NCBI GenBank assembly: GCA_964650645.1
Contig: CAZYUH010000001.1
Location: 79,373-143,372, forward strand
Source: an uncultured Candidatus Saccharibacteria bacterium
Lineage (GTDB): Bacteria; Patescibacteriota; Minisyncoccia; Phycocordibacterales; SBAW01
Reading direction: 5' to 3'
Length of the DNA: 64,000 bases
Shown: positions 19,308-28,486 of the stretch, piece by piece
Position numbering within the stretch: position 1 is the stretch's first letter
How the letters are laid out: the number at the start of each line of letters is the position of its first letter
Notes under the pieces: generated by a model
The model's input: only the letters and a program-made list of their open reading frames with translations
Told to the model about the DNA's origin: nothing
Databases searched by the model: none
Program-made: the position numbers and the translations under genes

Positions 19308-19565
19308 AATAGATTTGCCGCGAGGCGTTATCTTATGCCGGACGCTGTTGCCATCGCTGCGCTTAAGGACCAACCCGGCAATGGCGAGCTTGCGGATATG
19401 GTCCGAGGCGTTGATATAGCCGATACGGAGCCGCTCGGACACCTCGGCAACCGAAAGCTCGGGACTGCGCTGCAATACGTCCAATATCTGCAGCCGGCGG
19501 TGGCTGGCCGCCCCTTTTATAACCCTCTCGATCTTCCTAAAATTCGCCTGCGCCATGGCCGGCAC
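19281..19565 (-). CDS. ArsR/MarR-like winged-HTH regulator
   Basis: 94 aa; RLQILDVLQRSPELSVAEVSERLRIGYINASDHIRKLAIAGLV. Confidence 0.65.
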   Translation of the reverse strand: MPAMAQANFRKIERVIKGAASHRRLQILDVLQRSPELSVAEVSERLRIGYINASDHIRKLAIAGLVLKRSDGNSVRHKITPRGKSILEFCKTLE

Positions 19566-19579
19566 TATACACCATGCTG

Positions 19580-19607
19580 GTGTTTTGCAAAATTCCAGAA
19601 TAGATTT
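19580..19607. repeat. direct repeat copy 2, in the promoter region of the ArsR-like gene
   Basis: Identical to 19280-19307. Confidence 0.8.
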
Positions 19608-19796
19608 TCTCCTTGGATGAATTGAGCCGCATACCTGCGTAGCTAATTGCTAATTAGCTACATACTATTGACACTTTTCGCTATACAGAGTAATTTGCTC
19701 TCCAGCAGTTCCCCTCTCCGTTGTGCGTTAGCAAACACCACCCGGCGCCCCGGTTACGGGGTATTGCTAAGCAATCCATCACAAATGGAGCGGGTT

Positions 19797-20210
19797 ATGG
19801 AAAACGTTAAAATTATCGCATCTGGCCTGCCTGACAGCACTGTTATCGGAGGCATTGAAAACAACAGCGGCAAAACCGAGGTTGAGAAAAATTACAGAGG
19901 GGTCAATGCAAGGAACCTCCCTGAGCTTTTCTCAAAAATCGGAGAGATTGAGGGTTACTTCGAAGCTCTGGCTACGCTCTGGTGCGATGGCGAGCTAACT
20001 CTTGTCATTGAGAAGGGTTCTCACTTTTTCTCGGGAGTCCTGACAACCTATGAGGATAATCTCATCGAGAGGACGGTCAAGATAATTGATCGTCTTGCAG
20101 TCGAATTGTCCCAAGCGAAATATGATGCTGATAGTTACAAAATAACCTACAAATTCTCGCGCGCGGTAGAGTTTAATGACTTGGTAAACGATATCATTCC
20201 CCGACACTAA
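19797..20210 (+). CDS. hypothetical protein
   Basis: Start at ATG 19797 preceded by GGAG 6 nt upstream; no recognisable domain; low GC. Confidence 0.4.
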   Translation: MENVKIIASGLPDSTVIGGIENNSGKTEVEKNYRGVNARNLPELFSKIGEIEGYFEALATLWCDGELTLVIEKGSHFFSGVLTTYEDNLIERTVKIIDRLAVELSQAKYDADSYKITYKFSRAVEFNDLVNDIIPRH

Positions 20211-20220
20211 ATTCTGCGCA

Positions 20221-20252
20221 AAACTCCCCGACCGGATACGGTCGGGGTTCTT
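20221..20252. terminator. bidirectional rho-independent terminator (CCCCGACCG-GATAC-GGTCGGGG + TTCTTTTTT)
   Basis: Perfect hairpin between convergent genes at right edge of low-GC island. Confidence 0.6.
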
Positions 20253-20254
20253 TT

Positions 20255-20854
20255 TTATCGAGATCCGCTGCACGCGCCTGAAGCCCAGAGGCCGCGGCCC
20301 AGCAATCGGGCCTGCGCCTCTGCGGCCCTGAACTCCGCCTGGTACTTATAGGGCGCGCTGTAGGTGTACTCGTGCGCGTAGCCCTGCTCTACCAGGTATT
20401 CGTTTACCGGCAGGCCGTCGCTGCGGTACACGTACGCGAGCAAGCGGCCGTATTTGTCGCGCTCGCCTTGCGAGGGGTCCTTTTCAAGCATTACGCGCTG
20501 GCCCGCCAGAAGCTCTTTCGTCTTGTCGGAGGCCTCCTTGCCGAAGCACTGCACCGCCTTGCGCGGGTCAACCGTCTCGGGCGTGTCGATGCCTATGAAC
20601 CGGACGGTTTCCGTTTTGCCTTCAATGCTTACGGAAACAGTATCGCCGTCCACTACCCTTATGACGGCGTACGTGCCGCTAGCGGCGGGCGGTATTGTTG
20701 ACGCTTGAGTGCTCGTCGCAACAGGCGTCTGCGGCTGCTCGTGCGGAGCCGCAGGAGCGGGAGCGTCGGGCGAAAAGAACCCCGCAAGCGCGAGCAGCAT
20801 AAAAATGCTCATCACTGCAACTGCAGTCCATCGCGCTCGTTTGCCCATGCACAC
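20255..20854 (-). CDS. secreted thermonuclease (staphylococcal nuclease homologue)
   Basis: Signal/TM then VIRVVDGDT...IGIDTPE...DKYGRLLAYVY SNase motifs. Confidence 0.85.
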   Translation of the reverse strand: MCMGKRARWTAVAVMSIFMLLALAGFFSPDAPAPAAPHEQPQTPVATSTQASTIPPAASGTYAVIRVVDGDTVSVSIEGKTETVRFIGIDTPETVDPRKAVQCFGKEASDKTKELLAGQRVMLEKDPSQGERDKYGRLLAYVYRSDGLPVNEYLVEQGYAHEYTYSAPYKYQAEFRAAEAQARLLGRGLWASGACSGSR

Positions 20855-20888
20855 AGTGTACCGCCCGTCTTTGATTTTTTTGCAGAGA

Positions 20889-20921
20889 AAAACCCCGCGC
20901 CGTAGCGCGGGGTGCTTTTTG
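20889..20921. terminator. rho-independent terminator hairpin (CCCCGCGCC-GTAG-CGCGGGGTG + T tract)
   Basis: Seen directly downstream of 20932..21693 gene. Confidence 0.45.
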
Positions 20922-20931
20922 CGGATTGCCT

Positions 20932-21693
20932 CTAGAAGTCATCCAGGGCCGATTCGGAATCGGGCTGCAAAACGGCGCCTTTCACATGCCCCTTGAAGGC
21001 CTCCATTACGTAGCCCGGGCAATTGGCGCGGACATTCCTATCAACAAAGACGCGCTTCGCATCGCTTCGCGCAAGGAGCACCTCCACGAATCGCACGCTG
21101 CCCGGATTGTCCGGCCCGGCCCGGTTACCATCCCTCTCAATCCATAAATGATAGAACCGCAGAGATCCTATCTCCCTGCCCTCGGAGAGTGCGATAGCCT
21201 CGGCGGCGCGCGGGCAATTCAGTATGAAGGAGCGGCTTGCGCCGTGCGCCAGAGTGATGACGCAGCGGTTGCCGTGGAAGATAGCATACGCCACGTAGAC
21301 ACCGGCACCATCATCCGACTCATAGCTTCTGACCTTTAATTCCGCCGGTATGTAGTCCTTTTCCCTCGGGAGGCCGCTCCGAGCGGAACGAGGCTCCTCC
21401 TTCTTGGGCCACCGTCCGTTTCCGGTAAGCTTTTGGAACCACTCCCAATGATCCGGAAGCGGTTCGCCCGTCTTCGGGTCGATGATTACCATTCTTGGCG
21501 TGCGCGCTCCTGATACAGGGAATGCATCGGCAGGCGTCCCGCTTTTCGTTTCTTCTTCAGGCTCGCCGGACATAGCCATACACCCTGCAAGAACCGCAGG
21601 CTCGCTGTCCGCGCCGATAGCCGCAGCCTCTGCCGTTCCTACCGCAGACTGCTTTTGCTTCTTTGTACGCGTTAAGAGCTTTTTAATACCCAA
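20932..21693 (-). CDS. hypothetical protein
   Basis: 253 aa ORF, coding-like codon usage, no recognised domain. Confidence 0.5.
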   Translation of the reverse strand: MGIKKLLTRTKKQKQSAVGTAEAAAIGADSEPAVLAGCMAMSGEPEEETKSGTPADAFPVSGARTPRMVIIDPKTGEPLPDHWEWFQKLTGNGRWPKKEEPRSARSGLPREKDYIPAELKVRSYESDDGAGVYVAYAIFHGNRCVITLAHGASRSFILNCPRAAEAIALSEGREIGSLRFYHLWIERDGNRAGPDNPGSVRFVEVLLARSDAKRVFVDRNVRANCPGYVMEAFKGHVKGAVLQPDSESALDDF

Positions 21694-21858
21694 TGGAGTC
21701 TCCTATGAGAAGCATCATGATGAAGCGAACTGCCCATCTGCGCGTATTAGACACAAAAATTGCTTTAAAGTCAATATTCTGCAGAACATTAACGCGCAGT
21801 GACAAGACGGCGCGGCATGGTAGGGTGAGGGCAGCCACCACCCACAGGAGAGTTCCTT

Positions 21859-22449
21859 ATGACAACGCACGTGCTCCCGCCCGAGGCCGAAAGCCTCGAC
21901 GTTATGCGCTCGCTCGCGCGCAGCGCGTTCCTCGAGGGCGAATGCTACGCCTTCGCCATCGCGGTGCACCGCGGCACCGGGCTTCCCATCTTCGGGCTTA
22001 TGGAGGGCGCAGTGCCGCGCCACGCATTCGCCTACTGGCCCGATAAGGAAGCGTTCGTGGACGTGCGGGGCGAGCACGCCATGCACAGCCCCGAGCTCGG
22101 AGCGCCTTTCGGCCACCGCGCGCCCTACCATCTTGAAGAGATATCCGCATCGAAACTCTTCCGGCAGAGGCCCGTATGCGACAACTCCATAGGCTTCGCC
22201 GCGCGCATGGCCGAATTCATCATGCCGCACCTTCCGTGGAAGAAGAGCCGCGACGAGCGGGCCCGCGAGTTCTGCGACGAGCTCGAAGCCCTATGCCGGA
22301 AGCGCGGGTTCTGGATACGCAGCCCCTACCCCGCGCAAAAGCCCATCCTGTACGAAGGAGACGCGGACGAGGCGGGCTACACGATACAACCCGCCGACAC
22401 CGGTATGGGGTACACGATAGACCGGCGGCTCAAGGGAGAGCCTGCCTGA
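21859..22449 (+). CDS. hypothetical protein
   Basis: 196 aa ORF, only plus-strand gene in this stretch, no recognised domain. Confidence 0.5.
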   Translation: MTTHVLPPEAESLDVMRSLARSAFLEGECYAFAIAVHRGTGLPIFGLMEGAVPRHAFAYWPDKEAFVDVRGEHAMHSPELGAPFGHRAPYHLEEISASKLFRQRPVCDNSIGFAARMAEFIMPHLPWKKSRDERAREFCDELEALCRKRGFWIRSPYPAQKPILYEGDADEAGYTIQPADTGMGYTIDRRLKGEPA

Positions 22450-22489
22450 TAGCAAGCGCCCGGCCATTGTATGGCCGGGCGTTAGTATT

Positions 22490-22921
22490 TTAGCGCACGA
22501 GGTGCAGGACAGTCTTCGGGTCCGAAAGAGGCTCGTCCTCGTCGCTTATCCGCACGTCTTCGAACGCAACGCGCTTGAGCGCGCATGCGCGGATCAGCGC
22601 CCTCCTGTAGGGCCCCCACTGCGGCTTGGACTTGCTATAAATCCACAGCTTGCCGATGCGGTGCTTTGCCAGCTGGGCCGCGGCCTTCTTGGCCAACCGC
22701 TCGATATCCTCCTCCCGCTCAAGGAGATACTCGTAGCCTAGGATCATATCGTTCTCATGCAGGAGCCCGTGCTTGCCCGAGAATATGAAGAACTCCCGGC
22801 CCTTCCCTTGCGCTATTTCGCGCACTTTGGATATATGCTCCCCCAGGTAGCGCTTGCGCGCCTGCATGTAGTTCTTGCCCGGGTCCTTCTCCCGGCTGCA
22901 CATAGTGCATACGGCCTCCAT
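22490..22921 (-). CDS. hypothetical protein (Cys-x2-Cys N-terminus, possible Rossmann-like FIFSGKHGLL)
   Basis: 143 aa ORF. Confidence 0.45.
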   Translation of the reverse strand: MEAVCTMCSREKDPGKNYMQARKRYLGEHISKVREIAQGKGREFFIFSGKHGLLHENDMILGYEYLLEREEDIERLAKKAAAQLAKHRIGKLWIYSKSKPQWGPYRRALIRACALKRVAFEDVRISDEDEPLSDPKTVLHLVR

Positions 22922-22988
22922 GGCCAGCTCCTTTCGAGTTGCAAGAATGGACAGTCTGCCGCAAGCCTACCACAGCGGCGCGCTTTTC

Positions 22989-23345
22989 CTAGGCGCCGTG
23001 GGCGCGCTCGGCCAGCCGCAGGAGGCGCCGCAGGTCCTTGTGGTTGGGCAGGGCTTCCGCGACTAGCGCCCAGAACGCCGGGCCGTGGTTGAACTCTCTG
23101 AGGTGGCACAACTCGTGCACCACGACGTAATCCAATACCTCCGGCGGCAGGAACAGGAGCTTGTAGTTGAAGTTGAGGTTGCCGGCGCTCGAGCAACTCC
23201 CCCACCGGCTTGTGGAGTTCTTTATGAAGATGCGCCTGACCGCGTGGTTGTAGTGGCGGTTGTAGTGCGCCACGCGCGCGTGCACGAGCGCGCGGGCCGC
23301 CTCCTTGTGGCGCAGGTAGTGGCGGTGGTCGCGGCGGCGCAGCAT
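22989..23345 (-). CDS. DUF45/YgjP-like zinc metallohydrolase (short form)
   Basis: RWGSCS...NLNFNYKL...YVVVHELCHLREFNHGPAFWALV (HExxH). Confidence 0.7.
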   Translation of the reverse strand: MLRRRDHRHYLRHKEAARALVHARVAHYNRHYNHAVRRIFIKNSTSRWGSCSSAGNLNFNYKLLFLPPEVLDYVVVHELCHLREFNHGPAFWALVAEALPNHKDLRRLLRLAERAHGA

Positions 23346-23413
23346 CCCCTTACTCTACAACCGCCCTCCGCAAAACCCCAAACCGGCGCGCCGGGAGAGG
23401 CGGCAGGAAGCGC

Positions 23414-23446
23414 AAAAAGCCCCGCTTGCCGCGGGGCTTTTTTGCG
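23414..23446. terminator. bidirectional terminator hairpin GCCCCGC-TTGCC-GCGGGGC flanked by A/T runs
   Basis: Seen directly; downstream of DoxX gene. Confidence 0.5.
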
Positions 23447-23462
23447 CGCAGGAAAAGCGCGA

Positions 23463-23852
23463 TTACTCGCGCTCCATGCTGTAGAGGCAGTAGCGGCCGG
23501 CGCCCACCAGGAACACGGCGAACGCGCCCACCGCGAGCATAAGCTCGAGCTCGTGCGTGCCGCGCGGGATGCCCACCAGCGCGAGCGCCACCAGCATCTC
23601 GATGCCGAGCACGAGGCCCGCCAACCGCGGCGCGATGCCGAGCGCGAGCATGAGGCCGCCGATGACCTCGATGGCGGCGATGAAAGCCGCCGTTCCCGGA
23701 GGCAGGCCCAATCCGGCGAAGAAGCCCTCCGTGCGGCCCAAATCCTGGAGCTTCATCCAGCCATGGCTTATAAACACCCAGCCCGTAGCGAGGCGCACCA
23801 AGAGGAGCCCCATGGCCTTGTGGTACGCGAAATGCGTGACTTTCTTTATCAT
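23463..23852 (-). CDS. DoxX family membrane protein
   Basis: 129 aa, 4 TM, LATGWVFISHGWMKL DoxX signature. Confidence 0.75.
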   Translation of the reverse strand: MIKKVTHFAYHKAMGLLLVRLATGWVFISHGWMKLQDLGRTEGFFAGLGLPPGTAAFIAAIEVIGGLMLALGIAPRLAGLVLGIEMLVALALVGIPRGTHELELMLAVGAFAVFLVGAGRYCLYSMERE

Positions 23853-23910
23853 GCTCGAAACTGTTACCTTGTAAGCGAACTAGCGTAAGTATACGGCCAA
23901 AAAAACGGGC

Positions 23911-24204
23911 CTACTTGAGCATCGCGGCCGCCTGCTGCTCTATCGCCTTCTTGATGCGGCCCTCGAACATCTTCAGCATGAGCGGGAGCTTCGCGTTAAG
24001 GTTGAAGTCATTGTCGCGGACCTCGAACGTGCCGGTGATGGACTGCCCCTGCACCGTGAATCCGAAATTGAGCGTGTCGCCCGCCCACTCCTCCTTCTCT
24101 ATGGTGGCCTGGCCGTTAAGCTTCGCGTGCGCCTCGCGCAAGGCTATCATGACGCGCTCCTTCGCCTCGGCCCTGGTGAACTTGTGCGGGATGGTTATCT
24201 GCAT
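23911..24204 (-). CDS. putative polyhydroxyalkanoic acid system family protein (TIGR02610-like), uncertain
   Basis: 97 aa; MQITIPHKFTRAEAKERV... resembles that family N-terminus. Confidence 0.35.
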   Translation of the reverse strand: MQITIPHKFTRAEAKERVMIALREAHAKLNGQATIEKEEWAGDTLNFGFTVQGQSITGTFEVRDNDFNLNAKLPLMLKMFEGRIKKAIEQQAAAMLK

Positions 24205-24205
24205 A

Positions 24206-24892
24206 TTACTTGAGTTCTACCGAGGTTATGACCATGGGCTCGACGGGCCTGTCGTTCTGGCCCGTGGGCGCGCGCTCTATGGCCGACACGGCGTCCATGC
24301 CCGCGACGACCGTGCCGAACACCGTGTGCTTGGAATCGAGGAAGGCGTTGTCGGCCGTGTTTATGAAGAACTGGCTGCCGTTGGTGTTAGGGCCCGCGTT
24401 CGCCATGGAAATAGTGCCCGCGGCGTTATGGTTGCCCGCGGCGATCTCATCGGCGAACTGGTAGCCCGGGCCGCCGGTGCCCCAGCGGGCCTGCATCGAG
24501 TCGTCCTTCGTGAGCGGGTCGCCGCCCTGTATCATGAAGCCCGCGATGACGCGGTGGAACTTGGTGCCGTTGTAAAAGCCCTCGCCCGCGAGCTTGGTGA
24601 AATTGGCGACGGTATTGGGCGTCGCGCTTGAGAACTCGATAGTTATGTCGCCCTTGTTCGTGTGAAGTATCGCCTGCATTGCTTTTTTATTAGTGCTTGT
24701 ACTCGTTGCGGGACCCTGGGACGCCGCGGCTGCGGCTGCGGCCTGCTGGCCTTGCTGGACGGGCGCCGCCTGCCCCGTGCCGTATAGGTGCGCCGACGAC
24801 GCGGGTTCTGGACCCGCGCGGCCCGCCGCGTACCAAATCCCGCCAAAGAGCACTACCGCTGCGGCGATAGCGAAAAGAGCGCCTTTATCCAT
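24206..24892 (-). CDS. membrane-anchored cyclophilin-type peptidyl-prolyl cis-trans isomerase
   Basis: FHRVIAGFMIQGGDP, NAGPNTNGSQFFI, HTVFGTVV motifs. Confidence 0.9.
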   Translation of the reverse strand: MDKGALFAIAAAVVLFGGIWYAAGRAGPEPASSAHLYGTGQAAPVQQGQQAAAAAAASQGPATSTSTNKKAMQAILHTNKGDITIEFSSATPNTVANFTKLAGEGFYNGTKFHRVIAGFMIQGGDPLTKDDSMQARWGTGGPGYQFADEIAAGNHNAAGTISMANAGPNTNGSQFFINTADNAFLDSKHTVFGTVVAGMDAVSAIERAPTGQNDRPVEPMVITSVELK

Positions 24893-24911
24893 GCGCTCCA
24901 GTATTGCACAT

Positions 24912-25838
24912 TTATTGCCCGAGCGTAAGCGTGCGGCGGATGCGGTCGAACTGCGCGAACAGCGCCGCGCGGTCGAACTCCCGCACCTCGCCCTCGGGGT
25001 AGTTCCCTATGGCGCCATAATGGACGAAGTAACGCACCGCCATGCAGCCGTTCTGGACCGGGGTTGCGAACACCACCTCATCGTAGCGGTTGCCCGCGCC
25101 CGCGCCGGTAGACGTGGCAACGGAGTAGCGGCGGCCGTCCTCGTCGACGAACCCCGCCGGATGCGCATCGCTGAGGTATATCCCGGCGCTACAGGAATTG
25201 ACGGCGCCCGCCATCGGCTCGACGCTTACGTACGAGTCGGCGGAAAGGTTGGTGCCCGAGGCTATCGCCGGATCGATGACGAACCTGGTGCCCTTGATGG
25301 TCTGCACCGGCCCCAGGCCCGTGTAGGTGTAATGCTCGTCGAGCGAGTAGCCTGCGGGGTAGCGGATGGAGAACCCCTGCGTGCCGCTGGAGTAGACCTG
25401 CGGAAGGCCGCCCGGATCATCCGCCACTTCTATGCAGCCCAAGTAGGACTTCTGCTCGTTGTTCTCCAGCACGAGCGCGGCCTGGCCTTTTGACCAGAAC
25501 ACGAAGGTCTCGGCGCCCGCCTGGCCCTGCGCTGCCTGCGGGTTTCCGTCGGAGTAGCGCGCGCCGTCGGCCGAAACGGTCTGCTTGAGGGCCAGGTTGC
25601 GCCCGTCGGAGAGCGCGAGCTTGACCGCGCCGCCCGGCTCGGGAGGCCCGCCGTTCTGCCCGGGCTTGTCCTCGCCCTTAAAGTACTGCGCCGAGATAGT
25701 CCTGCCCGCATCGCACGAGTAATTGGCCGACGCCACCGGCGCGCCCAGGCTGGTGGGCGCGGTCTGTCCCAGGCGCAAAGAAAGCCACACGCCGAGCGCG
25801 AGCGCGAGGACGATGAGTATGCCGAGAGTCGTTCTCAT
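24912..25838 (-). CDS. secreted protein with N-terminal MliC-like (lysozyme-inhibitor fold) domain plus uncharacterised C-terminal domain
   Basis: Signal peptide; YSCDAGRTISAQYF...VKLALSDGRNLALKQTVSADGARYSDGN...FVFWSKGQAALV pattern. Confidence 0.55.
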   Translation of the reverse strand: MRTTLGILIVLALALGVWLSLRLGQTAPTSLGAPVASANYSCDAGRTISAQYFKGEDKPGQNGGPPEPGGAVKLALSDGRNLALKQTVSADGARYSDGNPQAAQGQAGAETFVFWSKGQAALVLENNEQKSYLGCIEVADDPGGLPQVYSSGTQGFSIRYPAGYSLDEHYTYTGLGPVQTIKGTRFVIDPAIASGTNLSADSYVSVEPMAGAVNSCSAGIYLSDAHPAGFVDEDGRRYSVATSTGAGAGNRYDEVVFATPVQNGCMAVRYFVHYGAIGNYPEGEVREFDRAALFAQFDRIRRTLTLGQ

Positions 25839-26233
25839 GGTAAGCGCTGGGTAGAAGACGCGCCCGGGGAAGCGTTCTTACGCTTGCGCTTTACGCACTC
25901 GTCCGCCGCGAGCGCGGCCGCGGCGCACGCTATGGAGAGGTCGCGGAAGAGGATCTCAAACTGCGCCGGATTGAACGCGACGATGGCGACGAGCGCCGCC
26001 GCCGCGGCGGCGGCGGGCCATTCAATGCGCCACCCCGAAAGGATCCACAGCGCGATTGCGACCTCGATGGCGCCGAAGCCGTGCAGAAGCACCGTATCCG
26101 GAACGCCGGACGCGAGCAGGAACCGCGGAAGGTAGCCTATCCAGCCGTCGGGAGCGGTAAGCGCGCTAAGCGGCGGATACAGGAACGCGAACGCCACCCC
26201 TATCCTCAGCAGCCAGTGCGCGGGAATGCTCAT
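25835..26233 (-). CDS. DoxX-like membrane protein
   Basis: 132 aa, 4 TM. Confidence 0.5.
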   Translation of the reverse strand: MSIPAHWLLRIGVAFAFLYPPLSALTAPDGWIGYLPRFLLASGVPDTVLLHGFGAIEVAIALWILSGWRIEWPAAAAAAALVAIVAFNPAQFEILFRDLSIACAAAALAADECVKRKRKNASPGASSTQRLP

Positions 26234-26236
26234 GGA

Positions 26237-26728
26237 TTATTGCACCGTGACGACCCCCGTATGCTCGGACGCCGCATGGTTATGGAACGGGAACGTGCCC
26301 GCTTCGGTAAAGACGAACGTGTAGGAGGAACCCGACTGGCACTGGTCGAACGGCGTCGGTCCGGTGTAGGCGCCCGAGCAGTGGGTCTCGCGGTCGCTTC
26401 CGTCGAAGCCGGTATGGGTCGGATGCTCGTCGGAGGCCACCCACATGCGGCTGGACGTGTCGTTGACGAACGTAACCTTCTGCCCCGCATCTATCGTGAC
26501 CTCCTTAGGCTCGAACCCCGCCGCAGTGTAGTGGACGGTCGGGCCGGTTATCCGCTCCGTAGTCGAGGCGGGCGCGCCATCCATGGCATCCGCGCCCGCT
26601 CCTTCGGGAGCGGCCGCCATGTCGGGAGCGGCGGGCGCGGGCACAGGCGACTGCCTGAAATACCACCACCCCCCGACAAGGATGAGTATCATCGCGACAA
26701 TGGTAACAGCCCATCCGGTAGTGCTCAT
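26237..26728 (-). CDS. membrane-anchored cupredoxin-like domain protein
   Basis: N-terminal TM; EPKEVTIDAGQKVTFVNDTS...HNH beta-sandwich-like. Confidence 0.45.
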   Translation of the reverse strand: MSTTGWAVTIVAMILILVGGWWYFRQSPVPAPAAPDMAAAPEGAGADAMDGAPASTTERITGPTVHYTAAGFEPKEVTIDAGQKVTFVNDTSSRMWVASDEHPTHTGFDGSDRETHCSGAYTGPTPFDQCQSGSSYTFVFTEAGTFPFHNHAASEHTGVVTVQ

Positions 26729-26859
26729 ATGGTTCAGCTTTTGATACTGCTAAGTCGATCCGGCCTAGTACGCATATCATAGCACCACGCCGCGGCTGAA
26801 ATGCCCATGAAGCGCTCGAAAAATCCCGCGCTCTTCGCAGAGGGCGGGATTGGAGGAGC

Positions 26860-27096
26860 CTAGCGGCCGCTCGTTGTCAGGTACGCCAGGCAGTGCAGGC
26901 ATTTGGCCTGGCCGGGGCGGGTCTTGAGGTATTTATTGCCGCACTCGCAGACAAGTATCGGGGTCTTCTTTATCTTCACTATCCAATGCCCGTCCTGCTG
27001 GAAGGTCTTGGTCGGCCCGCGGCCCATGCGGGTCGGCTCCGGGCGCAGCTTGGACGCGCGCTCTGTCTTTACCGGTTTCTTCGCGTTCTTCTTCAT
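26860..27096 (-). CDS. small basic zinc-ribbon protein, hypothetical
   Basis: 78 aa; CECGNK...CLHC; immediately downstream of DEAD-box helicase. Confidence 0.4.
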   Translation of the reverse strand: MKKNAKKPVKTERASKLRPEPTRMGRGPTKTFQQDGHWIVKIKKTPILVCECGNKYLKTRPGQAKCLHCLAYLTTSGR

Positions 27097-27103
27097 GGGA
27101 GTG

Positions 27104-28405
<1,302 letters not shown>

Positions 28406-28486
28406 TATAGCACAATGAACCCATAACCGTCAATACGAATGGGAGGCGCATTACGCGCCTCCCGTTCAGGCCCCTCCGCGCGCTCC

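Noticed and set aside
9600-20260. Calling the low-GC island an intact integrative mobile element
   Set aside because: There is no integrase or transposase, no tRNA or flanking direct repeats, and no conjugation or phage structural genes. It is reported as a compositional island only.
23085-23888. 267-aa plus-strand ORF spanning the DUF45–DoxX intergenic terminator
   Set aside because: It reads through a strong terminator hairpin and is antisense to two supported genes.
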